Below, in pieces: positions 47,501 to 61,780 of a DNA stretch of 64,000 nt. Source of the DNA: the human T2T-CHM13v2.0 reference genome, Homo sapiens; the NCBI RefSeq assembly GCF_009914755.1, contig NC_060927.1; one strand, 5' to 3'. The first letter of the stretch is position 1. Each line of letters opens with the position of its first letter. The notes below the pieces were generated by a model, which saw only the letters and a program-made list of their open reading frames with translations, was not told where the DNA came from and did not search any database. A program made the position numbers and the translations under genes.

Positions 47501-49940
47501 TACTGTACATAAAATATGAAATTACATTAAATATATATTATATTAGGTACATAAAATACGAAAGTACATCAAATATAGATTATATACTGTACATAAAATA
47601 TGAAAGTACCCCAATATATATTATATACTCTACATGAAATATCAAAGTTCACAAACTATATATTATGTACTGTAAATAAAATATCAAACTACCCAAGGTA
47701 TATATTCTATACTGTACAAAAAATATCAAAGTACCCAAAGCATGTATTATATAATGTACATAAAATATGAAAGTACATCAAATATATATTTTATTCTGTA
47801 CATAAAATATCAAAGAACACCAGATATATATTCTATAGTGTACATAAAATATCAAAGTACCCAAACTATACATTATATACTGTACATAAAATATGAAATT
47901 ACATCATATATATATTAGGTACATAAAATATGAAAGTACATCAAATATATATTTTATTCTGTACATAAAATATCAAAGTACACCAGATATATATTCTATA
48001 GTGTACATAAAATAACAAAGTACACAAACTATAAAATATATACTGTACATAAAATATGAAATTACATCAAATATATATTAGGTACATAAAATATGAAAGT
48101 ACATCAAATATAGATTATATACTGTACATATAATATCAATGTACCCGAAATATATATTTTATACTCTACATGAAATATCAAAGTTCACAAACCATATATT
48201 GTATACTGCACATAAAATATCAAAATACACAAGGTATATATTCTATACTGTACAAAAAATATCAAAGTACCCAAAGCAGGTATTATATACTGTATATAAA
48301 ATATGAAAGTACATCAAATATATATTTTATTCTGTACATAAAATATCAAAGTACACCAGATATATATTCTGTAGTGTACATAAAATATCAAGGTACCCAA
48401 ACTATATATTATATACTGTACATAAAATATGAAATTACAGCAAATATATATTATATTAGGTACATAAAATATGAAAGTACATCAAATATAGATTATATAC
48501 TGTACATTAAATACCAAAGTACCCCAAATATATATTTTATACTGTACATGAAATATCAAAGTTCACAAACTATATATTATATACTGTACATAAAATATCA
48601 ATGTACCCAAGGTATATATTCTATACTGCACAAAAAATATCAAAGTACCCAAAGCATGTATTATATACTGTATATAAAATATGAAAGTACATCAAATATA
48701 TATTTTATTCTGTACATAAAATATCAAAGTACACCAGATATATATTCTATAGTGTACATAAAATATCAAAGTACCCAAACTATACATTATATACTGTACA
48801 TAAATATGAAATTACATCAAATATATATTATGTTAGGTACATAAAATATGAAAGTACATGAAGTATAGATTATATACTGTAGATAAAATATCAAAGTACC
48901 CAAATTTATATTATATACTATACATGAAATATCAAAGTTCACAAACTATATATTATATACTGTACATAAAATATCAAATTACCCAAGGTATATATTCTAT
49001 AGTGTACAAAAAATATCAAAGTACCCAAAGCATGTATTATATACCGTACATAAAATATAAAATTACATCAAATATATATTTTATTCTGTACATAAAATAT
49101 CAAAGTACACCAGATATATATACTATAGTGTACATAAAATATCAAAGTACCCAAACTATACATTATACACTGTACATAAAATATGAAATTACATCAAATA
49201 TATATTAGGTACATAAAATATGAAAGTACATCAAATATAGATTATATACTGTAAATATAATATCAATGTACCCCAAATATATATTTTATACTCTACATGA
49301 AATATCAAAGTTCACAAACCATATATTATATACTGTACATAAAATATCAAAGTACCCAAGGTATATATTCTATACTGAACAAAAAATATCAAAGTACCCA
49401 AAGCATGTATTATATACTGTACATAAAATATGAAAGTACATCAAATATATATTTTATTCTGTACATAAAATATCAAAGTACACCAGATATATATTCTATA
49501 GTGTACATAAAATATCAAACTACCCAAACTATACATTATATACTGTACATAAAATATGAAATTACAGCAAATATATATTATATTAGGTACATAAAATATG
49601 AAAGTATATCAAATATAGATTATATACTCTACATTAAATACCAAAGTACCCCAAATATATATTTTATACTGTACATGAAATATCAAAGTTCACAAACTAT
49701 ATATTATATACTGTACATAAAATATCAATGTACCCAAGGTATATATTCTATACTGCACAAAAAATATCAAAGTACCCAAAGCATGTATTATATACTGTAT
49801 ATAAAATATGAAAGTACATCAAATATATATTTTATTCTGTACATAAAATATCAAAGTACACCAGATATATATTCTATAGTGTACATAAAATATCAAAGTA
49901 CCCAAACTATACATTATATACTGTACATAAAATATGAAAT
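44590..49940 (+). repeat. Tandem duplication, period 2418 bp (about 2.2 copies)
   Basis: 45752/48170, 46440/48858 and 46879/49297 are all +2418. Unit lengths 536+378+376+373+378+377 sum to 2418. Shared variant attacattaa at 45103/47521. Confidence 0.92.
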
Positions 49941-51343
49941 TACGTCAAATATATATTATATTAGGTACATAAAATACGAAAGTACATCAAATATAGATTA
50001 TATACTGTACATAAAATATCAAAGTACCCCAATATATATTATATACTGTACATGAAATATCAAAGTTCACAAACTATATATTATGTACTGTACATAAAAT
50101 ATCAAAGTACCCAAGGTATATATTCTATACTGTACAAAAAATATCAAAGTACCCAAAGCATGTATTATATAATGTACATAAAATATGAAAGTACATCAAA
50201 TATATATTTTATTCTGTACATAAAATATCAAAGAACACCAGATATATATTCTATAGTGTACATAAAATATCAAAGTACCCAAACTATACATTATATACTG
50301 TACATAAAATATGAAATTACATCATATATATATTAGGTACATAAAATATGAAAGTACATCAAATATATATTTTATTCTGTACATAAAATATCAAAGTACA
50401 CCAGATATATATTCTATAGTGTACATAAAATAACAAAGTACACAAACTATAAATTATATACTGTACATAAAATATGAAATTACATCAAATATATATTAGG
50501 TACATAAAATATGAAAGTACATCAAATATAGATTATATACTGTACATATAATATCAATGTACCCGAAATATATATTTTATACTCTACATGAAATATCAAA
50601 GTTCACAAACCATATATTGTATACTGCACATGAAATATCAAAATACCCAAGGTATATATTCTATACTGTACAAAAAATATCAAAGTACCCAAAGCATGTA
50701 TTATATACTGTACATAAAATATGAAAGTACATCAAATATATATTTTATTCTGTACATAAAATATCAAAGTACACCACATATATATTCTATAGTGTACATA
50801 AAATATCAAAGTACCCAAACTATATATTATATACAGTACATAAAATATGAAATTACATCAAATATGTATTATATTAGGTACATAAAATATGAAAGTACAT
50901 CAAATATAGATTATATACCGTACATAAAATATCAAAGTACCCCAAATATATATTATATACTATACATGAAATATCAAATATCACAAACTATATATTATAT
51001 ACTGTACATAAAATATCAAAGTACCCAATGTATATATTCTATAGTGTACAAAAAATATCAAAGTACCCAAAGCATGTATTATATACTGTACATAAAATAT
51101 AAAAGTACATCAAATATATATTTTATTCTGTACATAAAATATGAAAGTACACCAGATATATATTCTATAGTGTACATAAAATATCAAAGTACCCAAACTA
51201 TACATTATATACTGTACATAAAATATGAAATTACATCAAATATATATTATATTAGGTACTTAAAATATGAAAGTACATCAAATATAGATTATATACTGTA
51301 CATAAAATATCAAAGTACCACAAATATATATTATATACTGTAC

Positions 51344-51594
51344 ATGAAATATCAAAGTTCACAACTATATATTATATACTGTACATAAAATATCAAAGTC
51401 CCCAAGGTATATATTCTATACTGTACAAAAAATATCAAAGTACACAAAGCATGTATTATATACTGTACATAAAATATGAAATTACATCAAATATATATTA
51501 TATTAGGTACATAAAATATGAAAGTACATCAAATATAGATTATATACTGTACATAAAATATCAAAGTACCCCAAATATATATTATATACTGTAC
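51344..51594 (+). repeat. Truncated 6-monomer HOR (251 bp; M4-M6 missing)
   Basis: M3 (tacacaaagcatg, about 51441) is followed directly by M7 (gaaattacatc, about 51478). M1 spacing is 251 = 6x42-1. Confidence 0.88.
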
Positions 51595-52349
51595 ATGTAA
51601 TATCAAAGTTCACAACTATATATTACATACTGTACATAAAATATCAAAGTACCCAAGGTATATATTCTATACTGTACAAAAAATATCAAAGTACCCAAAG
51701 CATGTATTATATACTGTACATAAAATATGAAAGTACATCAAATATATATTTTATTCTGTACATAAAATATCAAAGTACACCAGATATATATTCTATAGTG
51801 TATATAAAATATCAAAGTACCCAAACTATACATTATATACTGTACATAAAATATGAAATTACATCAAATATATATTATATTAGGTACATAAAATATGAAA
51901 GTACATGAAGTATAGATTATATACTGTACATAAAATATCAAAGTACCCCAAATTTATATTATATACTATACATGAAATATCAAAGTTCACAAACTATATA
52001 TTATATACTGTACATAAAATATCAAAGTACCCAAGGTATATATTCTATAGTGTACAAAAAATATCAAAGTACCCAAAGCATGTATTATATACCGTACATA
52101 AAATATAAAATTACATCAAATATATATTTTATTCTGTACATAAAATATCAAAGTACACCAGATATATATTCTATAGAGTACATAAAATATCAAAGTACCC
52201 AAACTATACATTACATAGTGTACATAAAATATGAAATTACATCAAATATATATTATAATAGGTACATAAAATATGAAAGTACATCAAATATAGATTATAT
52301 ACTGTACATTAAATACGAAAGTACCCCAAATATATATTTTATAGTGTAC

Positions 52350-52685
52350 ATGAAATATCAAAGTACCCAAGGTATATATTCTATACTGTACAAAAAATAT
52401 CAAAGTACCCAAAGCATGTATTACAAACTGTACATAAAATATGAAAGTCCATCAAATATATATTTTATTCTGTACATAAAATATCAAAGTACACCAGATA
52501 TATATTCTATAGTGAACATAAAATATCAAAGTACCCAAACTATACATTATATACTGTACATAAAATATGAAATTACATCAAATATATATTATATTAGGTA
52601 AATAAAATATGAAAGTACATCAAATATAGATTATATACTGTACATTAAGTACCAAAGTACCCCAAATATATATTTTATACTGTAC
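52350..52685 (+). repeat. 8-monomer HOR (336 bp; M1/M2 fusion)
   Basis: atgaaatatcaaagtacccaaggt at 52350 joins the M1 start to the M2 body; the next M1 is at 52686. Confidence 0.86.
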
Positions 52686-55600
52686 ATGAAATATCAAAGT
52701 TCACAAACTATATATTATATACTGTACATAAAATATGAAAGTACCCAAGGTATATACTCTATACTGTACAAAAAATATCAAAGTACCCAAAGCATGTATT
52801 ATATACTGTACATAAAGTAAGAAAGTACATCAAATATATATTTTATTCTGTACATAAAATATCAAGGTACACCAGATATATATTCTATAGTGTACATAAA
52901 ATATCAAAGTACCCAAACTATAAATTATATACTGTACATAAAATATGAAATTACATCAAATATATATTATATTAGGTACATAAAATATGAAAGTACATCA
53001 AATATAGATTATATACTCTACATTAAATACCAAAGTACCCCAAATATATGTTTTATACTGTACATGAAATATCAAAGTTCACAAAGTATATATTATATAC
53101 TGTACATAAAATATCAAAGTACCCAAGGTATATATTCTATACTGTACAAAAGATATCAAAGTACCCAAAGCATGTATTATATACTGTACATAAAATATGA
53201 AAGTACATCATATATATATTTTATTCTGTACATAAAATATTAAAGTACACCAGATATATATTCTATAGTGTACATAAAATATCAAAGTACCCAAACTATA
53301 CATTATATACTGTACATAAAATATGAAATTACATCAAATATATATTAAGTACATAAAATATGAAAGTACATCAAATATAGATTATATACTGTACATAAAA
53401 TATCAATGTACACCAAATATATATTATATACTCTACATGAAATATCAAAGTTCACAAACTATATATTATATACTGTCCATAAAATATCAAAGTACCCAAG
53501 GTATATATTCTATACTGTACAAAAAATATCAAAGTAAACAAAGCATGTATTATATACTGTACCTAAAATATGAAAGTACATCAAATATATATTTTATTCT
53601 GTACATAAAATATCAAAGTACACCAGATATATATTCTATAGTGTATATAAAATATCAAAGTACCCAAACTATACATTATATACTGTACATAAAATATGAA
53701 ATTACATCAAATATATATTATATTAGGTACATAAAATATGAAAGTACATGAAGTATAGATTATATACTGTACATAAAATATCAAAGTATCCCAAATTTAT
53801 ATTATATACTATACATGAAATATCAAAGTTCACAAACTATATATTATATACTGTACATAAAATATCAAAGTACCCAAGGTATATATTCTATAGTGTACAA
53901 AAAATATCAAAGTACGCAAAGCATGTATTATATACCGTACATAAAATATAAAATTACATCAAATATATATTTTATTCTCTACATAAAATATCAAAGTACA
54001 CCAGATATATATACTATAGTGTACATAAAATATCAAAGTACCCAAACTATACATTATACACTGCACATAAAATATGAAATTACATCAAATATATATTAGG
54101 TACATAAAATATGAAAGTACATCAAATATAGATTATATACTGTAAATATAATATCAATGTACCCCAAATATATATTTTATACTCTACATGAAATATCAAA
54201 GTTCACAAACCATATATTATATACTGTACATAAAATATCAAAGTACCCAAGGTATATATTCTATACTGTACAAAAAATATCAAAGTACCCAAAGCATGTA
54301 TTATATACTGTACATAAAATATGAAAGTACATCAAATATATATTTTATTCTGTACATAAAATATCAAAGTACACCAGATATATATTCTATAGTGTACATA
54401 AAATATCAAAGTACCCAAACTATACATTATATACTGTCCATAAAATATGAAATTACATCAAATATATATTATATTAGGTACATGAAATTTGAAAGTACAT
54501 CAAATATAGATTATATACTGTACATTAAATACCAAAGTACCCCAAATATATATTTTATACTGTACATGAAATATCAAAGTTCACAAACTATATATTATAT
54601 ACTGTACATAAAATATCAATGTACCGAAGGTATATATTCTATACTGCACAAAAAATATCAAAGTACCCAAAGCATGTATTATATACTGTATATAAAATAT
54701 GAAAATACATCAAATATATATTTTATTCTGTACATAAAATGTCAAAGTACACCAGATATATATTCTATAGTGTACATAAAATATCAAAGTACCCAAACTA
54801 TACATTATATACTGTATATAAAATATGAAATTACATCAAATATATATTAAGTACATAAAATATGAAAGTACATCAAATATAGATTATATAGTGTACATAA
54901 AATATCAATGTACACCAAATATATATTATATACTCTACAGGAAATATCAAAGTTCACAAACTATATATTATATACTGTCCATAAAATATCAAAGTACCCA
55001 AGGTATATATTTTATACTGTACAAAAAATATCAAAGTACCCAAAGCATGTATTATATACTATACCTAAAATATGAAAGTACATCAAATATATATTTTATT
55101 CTGTACATAAAATATCAAAGTACACCAGATATATATTCTACAGTGTATATAAAATATCAAAGTACCCAAACTATACATTATATACTGTACATAAAATATG
55201 AAATTACATCAAATATATATTATATTAGGTACATAAAATATGAAAGTACATGAAGTATAGATTATATACTGTACATAAAATATCAAAGTACCCCAAATTT
55301 ATATTATATACTATACATGAAATATCAAAGTTCACAAACTATATATTATATACTGTACATAAAATATCAAAGTACCCAAGGTATATATTCTATAGTGTAC
55401 AAAAAATATCAAAGTACCCAAAGCATGTATTATATACCGTACGTAAAATATAAAATTACATCAAATATACATTTTTTTCTGTACATAAAATATCAAAGTA
55501 CACCAGATATATATACTATAGTGTACATAAAATATCAAAGTACCCAATCTATACATTATACACTGCACATAAAATATGAAATTACATCAAATATATATTA

Positions 55601-56188
55601 GGTACATAAAATATGAAAGTACATCAAATATAGATTATATACTGTAAATATAATATCAATGTACCCCAAATATATATTTTATACTCTACATGAAATATCA
55701 AAGTTCACAAACCATATATTATATACTGTACATAAAATATCAAAGTACCCAAGGTATATATTCTATACTGTACAAAAAATATCAAAGTACCCAAAGCATG
55801 TATTATATACTGTACATAAAATATGAAAGTACATCAAATATATATTTTATTCTGTATATAAAATATCAAAGTACACCAGATATATATTCTATAGTGTACA
55901 TAAAATAACAAAGTACACAAACTATAAATTATATCCTGTACATAAAATATGAAATTACATCAAATATATATTAGGTACATAAAATATGAAAGTACATCAA
56001 ATATAGATTATATACTGTACATTAAGTACCAAAGTACACCAAATATATATTTTATTCTGTACATAAAATATCAAAGTACACCAGATATATATTCTATAGT
56101 GTACATAAAATATCAAAGTACCCAAACTATACATTATATACTGTACATAAAATATGAAATTACATCAAATATATATTATATTAGGTAA

Positions 56189-59100
56189 ATGAAATATGAA
56201 AGTACATCAAATATAGATTATATACTGTACATAAAATATGAAAGTACCCCAAATATATATTATATACTCTACATGAAATATCAAAGTTCACAAACTATAT
56301 ATTATATACTGTACATAAAATATCAAAGTACCCAAGGTATATATTCTATACTGTACAAAAAATATCAAAGTATCCAAAGCATGTATTATATACTGTATAT
56401 AAAATATGAAAGTACATCAAATATATATTTTATTCTGTACATAAAATATCAAAGTACACCAGATATATATTCTATAGTGTACATAAAATATCAAAGTACC
56501 CAAACTATACATTATATACTGTACATAAAATATGAAATTACAGCAAATATATATTATATTAGGTACATAAAATATGAAAGTACATCAAATATAGATTATA
56601 TACTCTACATTAAATACCAAAGTACCCCAAATATATATTTTATACTGTACATGAAATATCAAAGTTCACAAACTATATATTATATACTGTACATAAAATA
56701 TCAATGTACCCAAGATATATATTCTATACTGCACAAAAAATATCAAAGTACCCAAAGCATGTATTATATACTGTATATAAAATATGAAAGTACATCAAAT
56801 ATATATTTTATTCTGTACATAAAATATCAAAGTACACCAGATATATATTCTATAGTGTACATAAAATATCAAAGTACCCAAACTATACATTATATACTGT
56901 ACATAAAATATGAAATTACATCAAATATATATTATATTAGGTACATAAAATACGAAAGTACATCAAATATAGATTATATACTGTACATAAAATATGAAAG
57001 TACCCCAATATATATTATATACTCTACATGAAATATCAAAGTTCACAAACTATATATTATGTACTGTAAATAAAATATCAAACTACCCAAGGTATATATT
57101 CTATACTGTACAAAAAATATCAAAGTACCCAAAGCATGTATTATATAATGTACATAAAATATGAAAGTACATCAAATATATATTTTATTCTGTACATAAA
57201 ATATCAAAGAACACCAGATATATATTCTATAGTGTACATAAAATATCAAAGTACCCAAACTATACATTATATACTGTACATAAAATATGAAATTACATCA
57301 TATATATATTAGGTACATAAAATATGAAAGTACATCAAATATATATTTTATTCTGTACATAAACTATCAAAGTACACCAGATATATATTCTATAGTGTAC
57401 ATAAAATAACAAAGTACACAAACTATAAAATATATACTGTACATAAAATATGAAATTACATCAAATATATATTAGGTACATAAAATATGAAAGTACATCA
57501 AATATAGATTATATACTGTACATATAATATCAATGTACCCGAAATATATATTTTATACTCTACATGAAATATCAAAGTTCACAAACCATATATTGTATAC
57601 TGCACATAAAATATCAAAATACACAAGGTATATATTCTATACTGTACAAAAAATATCAAAGTACCCAAAGCAGGTATTATATACTGTATATAAAATATGA
57701 AAGTACATCAAATATATATTTTATTCTGTACATAAAATATCAAAGTACACCAGATATATATTCTGTAGTGTACATAAAATATCAAGGTACCCAAACTATA
57801 TATTATATACTGTACATAAAATATGAAATTACAGCAAATATATATTATATTAGGTACATAAAATATGAAAGTACATCAAATATAGATTATATACTGTACA
57901 TTAAATACCAAAGTACCCCAAATATATATTTTATACTGTACATGAAATATCAAAGTTCACAAACTATATATTATATACTGTACATAAAATATCAATGTAC
58001 CCAAGGTATATATTCTATACTGCACAAAAAATATCAAAGTACCCAAAGCATGTATTATATACTGTATATAAAATATGAAAGTACATCAAATATATATTTT
58101 ATTCTGTACATAAAATATCAAAGTACACCAGATATATATTCTATAGTGTACATAAAATATCAAAGTACCCAAACTATACATTATATACTGTACATAAATA
58201 TGAAATTACATCAAATATATATTATGTTAGGTACATAAAATATGAAAGTACATGAAGTATAGATTATATACTGTAGATAAAATATCAAAGTACCCAAATT
58301 TATATTATATACTATACATGAAATATCAAAGTTCACAAACTATATATTATATACTGTACATAAAATATCAAAGTACCCAAGGTATATATTCTATAGTGTA
58401 CAAAAAATATCAAAGTACCCAAAGCATGTATTATATACCGTACATAAAATATAAAATTACATCAAATATATATTTTATTGTGTACATAAAATATCAAAGT
58501 ACACCAGATATATATACTATAGTGTACATAAAATATCAAAGTACCCAAACTATACATTATACACTGTACATAAAATATGAAATTACATCAAATATATATT
58601 AGGTACATAAAATATGAAAGTACATCAAATATAGATTATATACTGTAAATATAATATCAATGTACCCCAAATATATATTTTATACTCTACATGAAATATC
58701 AAAGTTCACAAACCATATATTATATACTGTACATAAAATATCAAAGTACCTAAGGTATATATTCTATACTGAACAAAAAATATCAAAGTACCCAAAGCAT
58801 GTATTATATACTGTACATAAAATATGAAAGTACATCAAATATATATTTTATTCTGTACATAAAATATCAAAGTACACCAGATATATATTCTATAGTGTAC
58901 ATAAAATATCAAAGTACCCAAACTATACATTATATACTGTACATAAAATATGAAATTACATCAAATATATATTATATTAGGTAAATGAAATATGAAAGTA
59001 CATCAAATATAGATTATATACTGTACATAAAATATGAAAATACCCCAAATATATATTATATACTCTACATGAAATATCAAAGTTCACAAACTATATATTA

Positions 59101-61780
59101 TATACTGTACATAAAATATCAAAGTACCCAAGGTATATATTCTATACTGTACAAAAAATATCAAAGTATCCAAAGCATGTATTATATACTGTATATAAAA
59201 TATGAAAGTACATCAAATATATATTTTATTCTGTACATAAAATATCAAAGTACACCAGATATATATTCTATAGTGTACATAAAATATCAAAGTAAACAAA
59301 CTATACATTATATACTGTACATAAAAAATGAAATTACAGCAAATATATATTATATTAGGTACATAAAATATGAAAGTACATCAAATATAGATTATATACT
59401 CTACATTAAATACCAAAGTACCCCAAATATATATTTTATACTGTACATGAAATATCAAAGTTCACAAACTATATATTATATACTGTACATAAAATATCAA
59501 TGTACCCAAGGTATATATTCTATACTGCACAAAAAATATCAAAGTACCCAAAGCATGTATTATATACTGTATATAAAATATGAAAGTACATCAAATATAT
59601 ATTTTATTCTGTACATAAAATATCAAACTACACCAGATATATATTCTATAGTGTACATAAAATATCAAAGTACCCAAACTATACATTATATACTGTACAT
59701 AAAATATGAAATTACATCAAATATATATTATATTAGGTACATAAAATACGAAAGTACATCAAATATAGATTATATACTGTACATAAAATATGAAAGTACC
59801 CCAATATATATTATATACTCTACATGAAATATCAAAGTTCACAAACTATATATTATGTACTGTACGTAAAATATCAAACTACCCAAGGTATATATTCTAT
59901 ACTGTACAAAAAATATCAAAGTACCCAAAGCATGTATTATATAATGTACATAAAATATGAAAGTACATCAAATATATATTTTATTCTGTACATAAAATAT
60001 CAAAGAACACCAGATATATATTCTATAGTGTACATAAAATATCAAAGTACCCAAACTATACATTATATACTGTACATAAAATATGAAATTACATCATATA
60101 TATATTAGGTACATAAAATATGAAAGTACATCAAATATATATTTTATTCTGTACATAAAATATCAAAGTACACCAGATATATATTCTATAGTGTACATAA
60201 AATAACAAAGTACACAAACTATAAAATATATACTGTACATAAAATATGAAATTACATCAAATATATATTAGGTACATAAAATATGAAAGTACATCAAATA
60301 TAGATTATATACTGTACATATAATATCAATGTACCCGAAATATATATTTTATACTCTACATGAAATATCAAAGTTCACAAACCATATATTGTATACTGCA
60401 CATAAAATATCAAAATACACAAGGTATATATTCTATACTGTACAAAAAATATCAAAGTACCCAAAGCAGGTATTATATACTGTATATAAAATATGAAAGT
60501 ACATCAAATATATATTTTATTCTGTACATAAAATATCAAAGTACACCAGATATATATTCTATAGTGTACATAAAATATCAAGGTACCCAAACTATATATT
60601 ATATACTGTACATAAAATATGAAATTACAGCAAATATATATTATATTAGGTACATAAAATATGAAAGTACATCAAATATAGATTATATACTGTACATTAA
60701 ATACCAAAGTACCCCAAATATATATTTTATACTGTACATGAAATATCAAAGTTCACAAACTATATATTATATACTGTACATAAAATATCAATGTACCCAA
60801 GGTATATATTCTATACTGCACAAAAAATATCAAAGTACCCAAAGCATGTATTATATACTGTATATAAAATATGAAAGTACATCAAATATATATTTTATTC
60901 TGTACATAAAATATCAAAGTACACCAGATATATATTCTATAGTGTACATAAAATATCAAAGTACCCAAACTATACATTATATACTGTACATAAATATGAA
61001 ATTACATCAAATATATATTATATTAGGTACATAAAATATGAAAGTACATGAAGTATAGATTATATACTGTAGATAAAATATCAAAGTACCCCAAATTTAT
61101 ATTATATACTATACATGAAATATCAAAGTTCACAAACTATATATTATATACTGTACATAAAATATCAAAGTACCGAAGGTATATATTCTATAGTGTACAA
61201 AAAATATCAAAGTACCCAAAGCATGTATTATATACCGTACATAAAATATAAAATTACATCAAATATATATTTTATTCTGTACATAAAATATCAAAGTACA
61301 CCAGATATATATACTATAGTGTACATAAAATATCAAAGTACCCAAACTATACATTATACACTGTACATAAAATATGAAATTACATCAAATATATATTAGG
61401 TACATAAAATATGAAAGTACATCAAATATAGATTATATACTGTAAATATTATATCAATGTACCCCAAATATATATTTTATACTCTACTTGAAATATCAAA
61501 GTTCACAAACCATATATTATATACTGTACATAAAATATCAAAGTACCCAAGGTATATATTCTATACTGAACAAAAAATATCAAAGTACCCAAAGCATGTA
61601 TTATATACTGTACATAAAATATGAAAGTACATCAAATATATATTTTATTCTGTACATAAAATATCAAAGTACACCAGATATATATTCTATAGTGTACATA
61701 AAATATCAAAGTACCCAAACTATACATTATATACTGTACATAAAATATGAAATTACATCAAATATATATTATATTAGGTA
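56189..61780 (+). repeat. Imperfect tandem duplication, period about 2796 bp
   Basis: 56189/58985 and 57564/60360 are +2796, and 58691/61488 is +2797. Unit order is the same but several variants differ. Confidence 0.78.
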
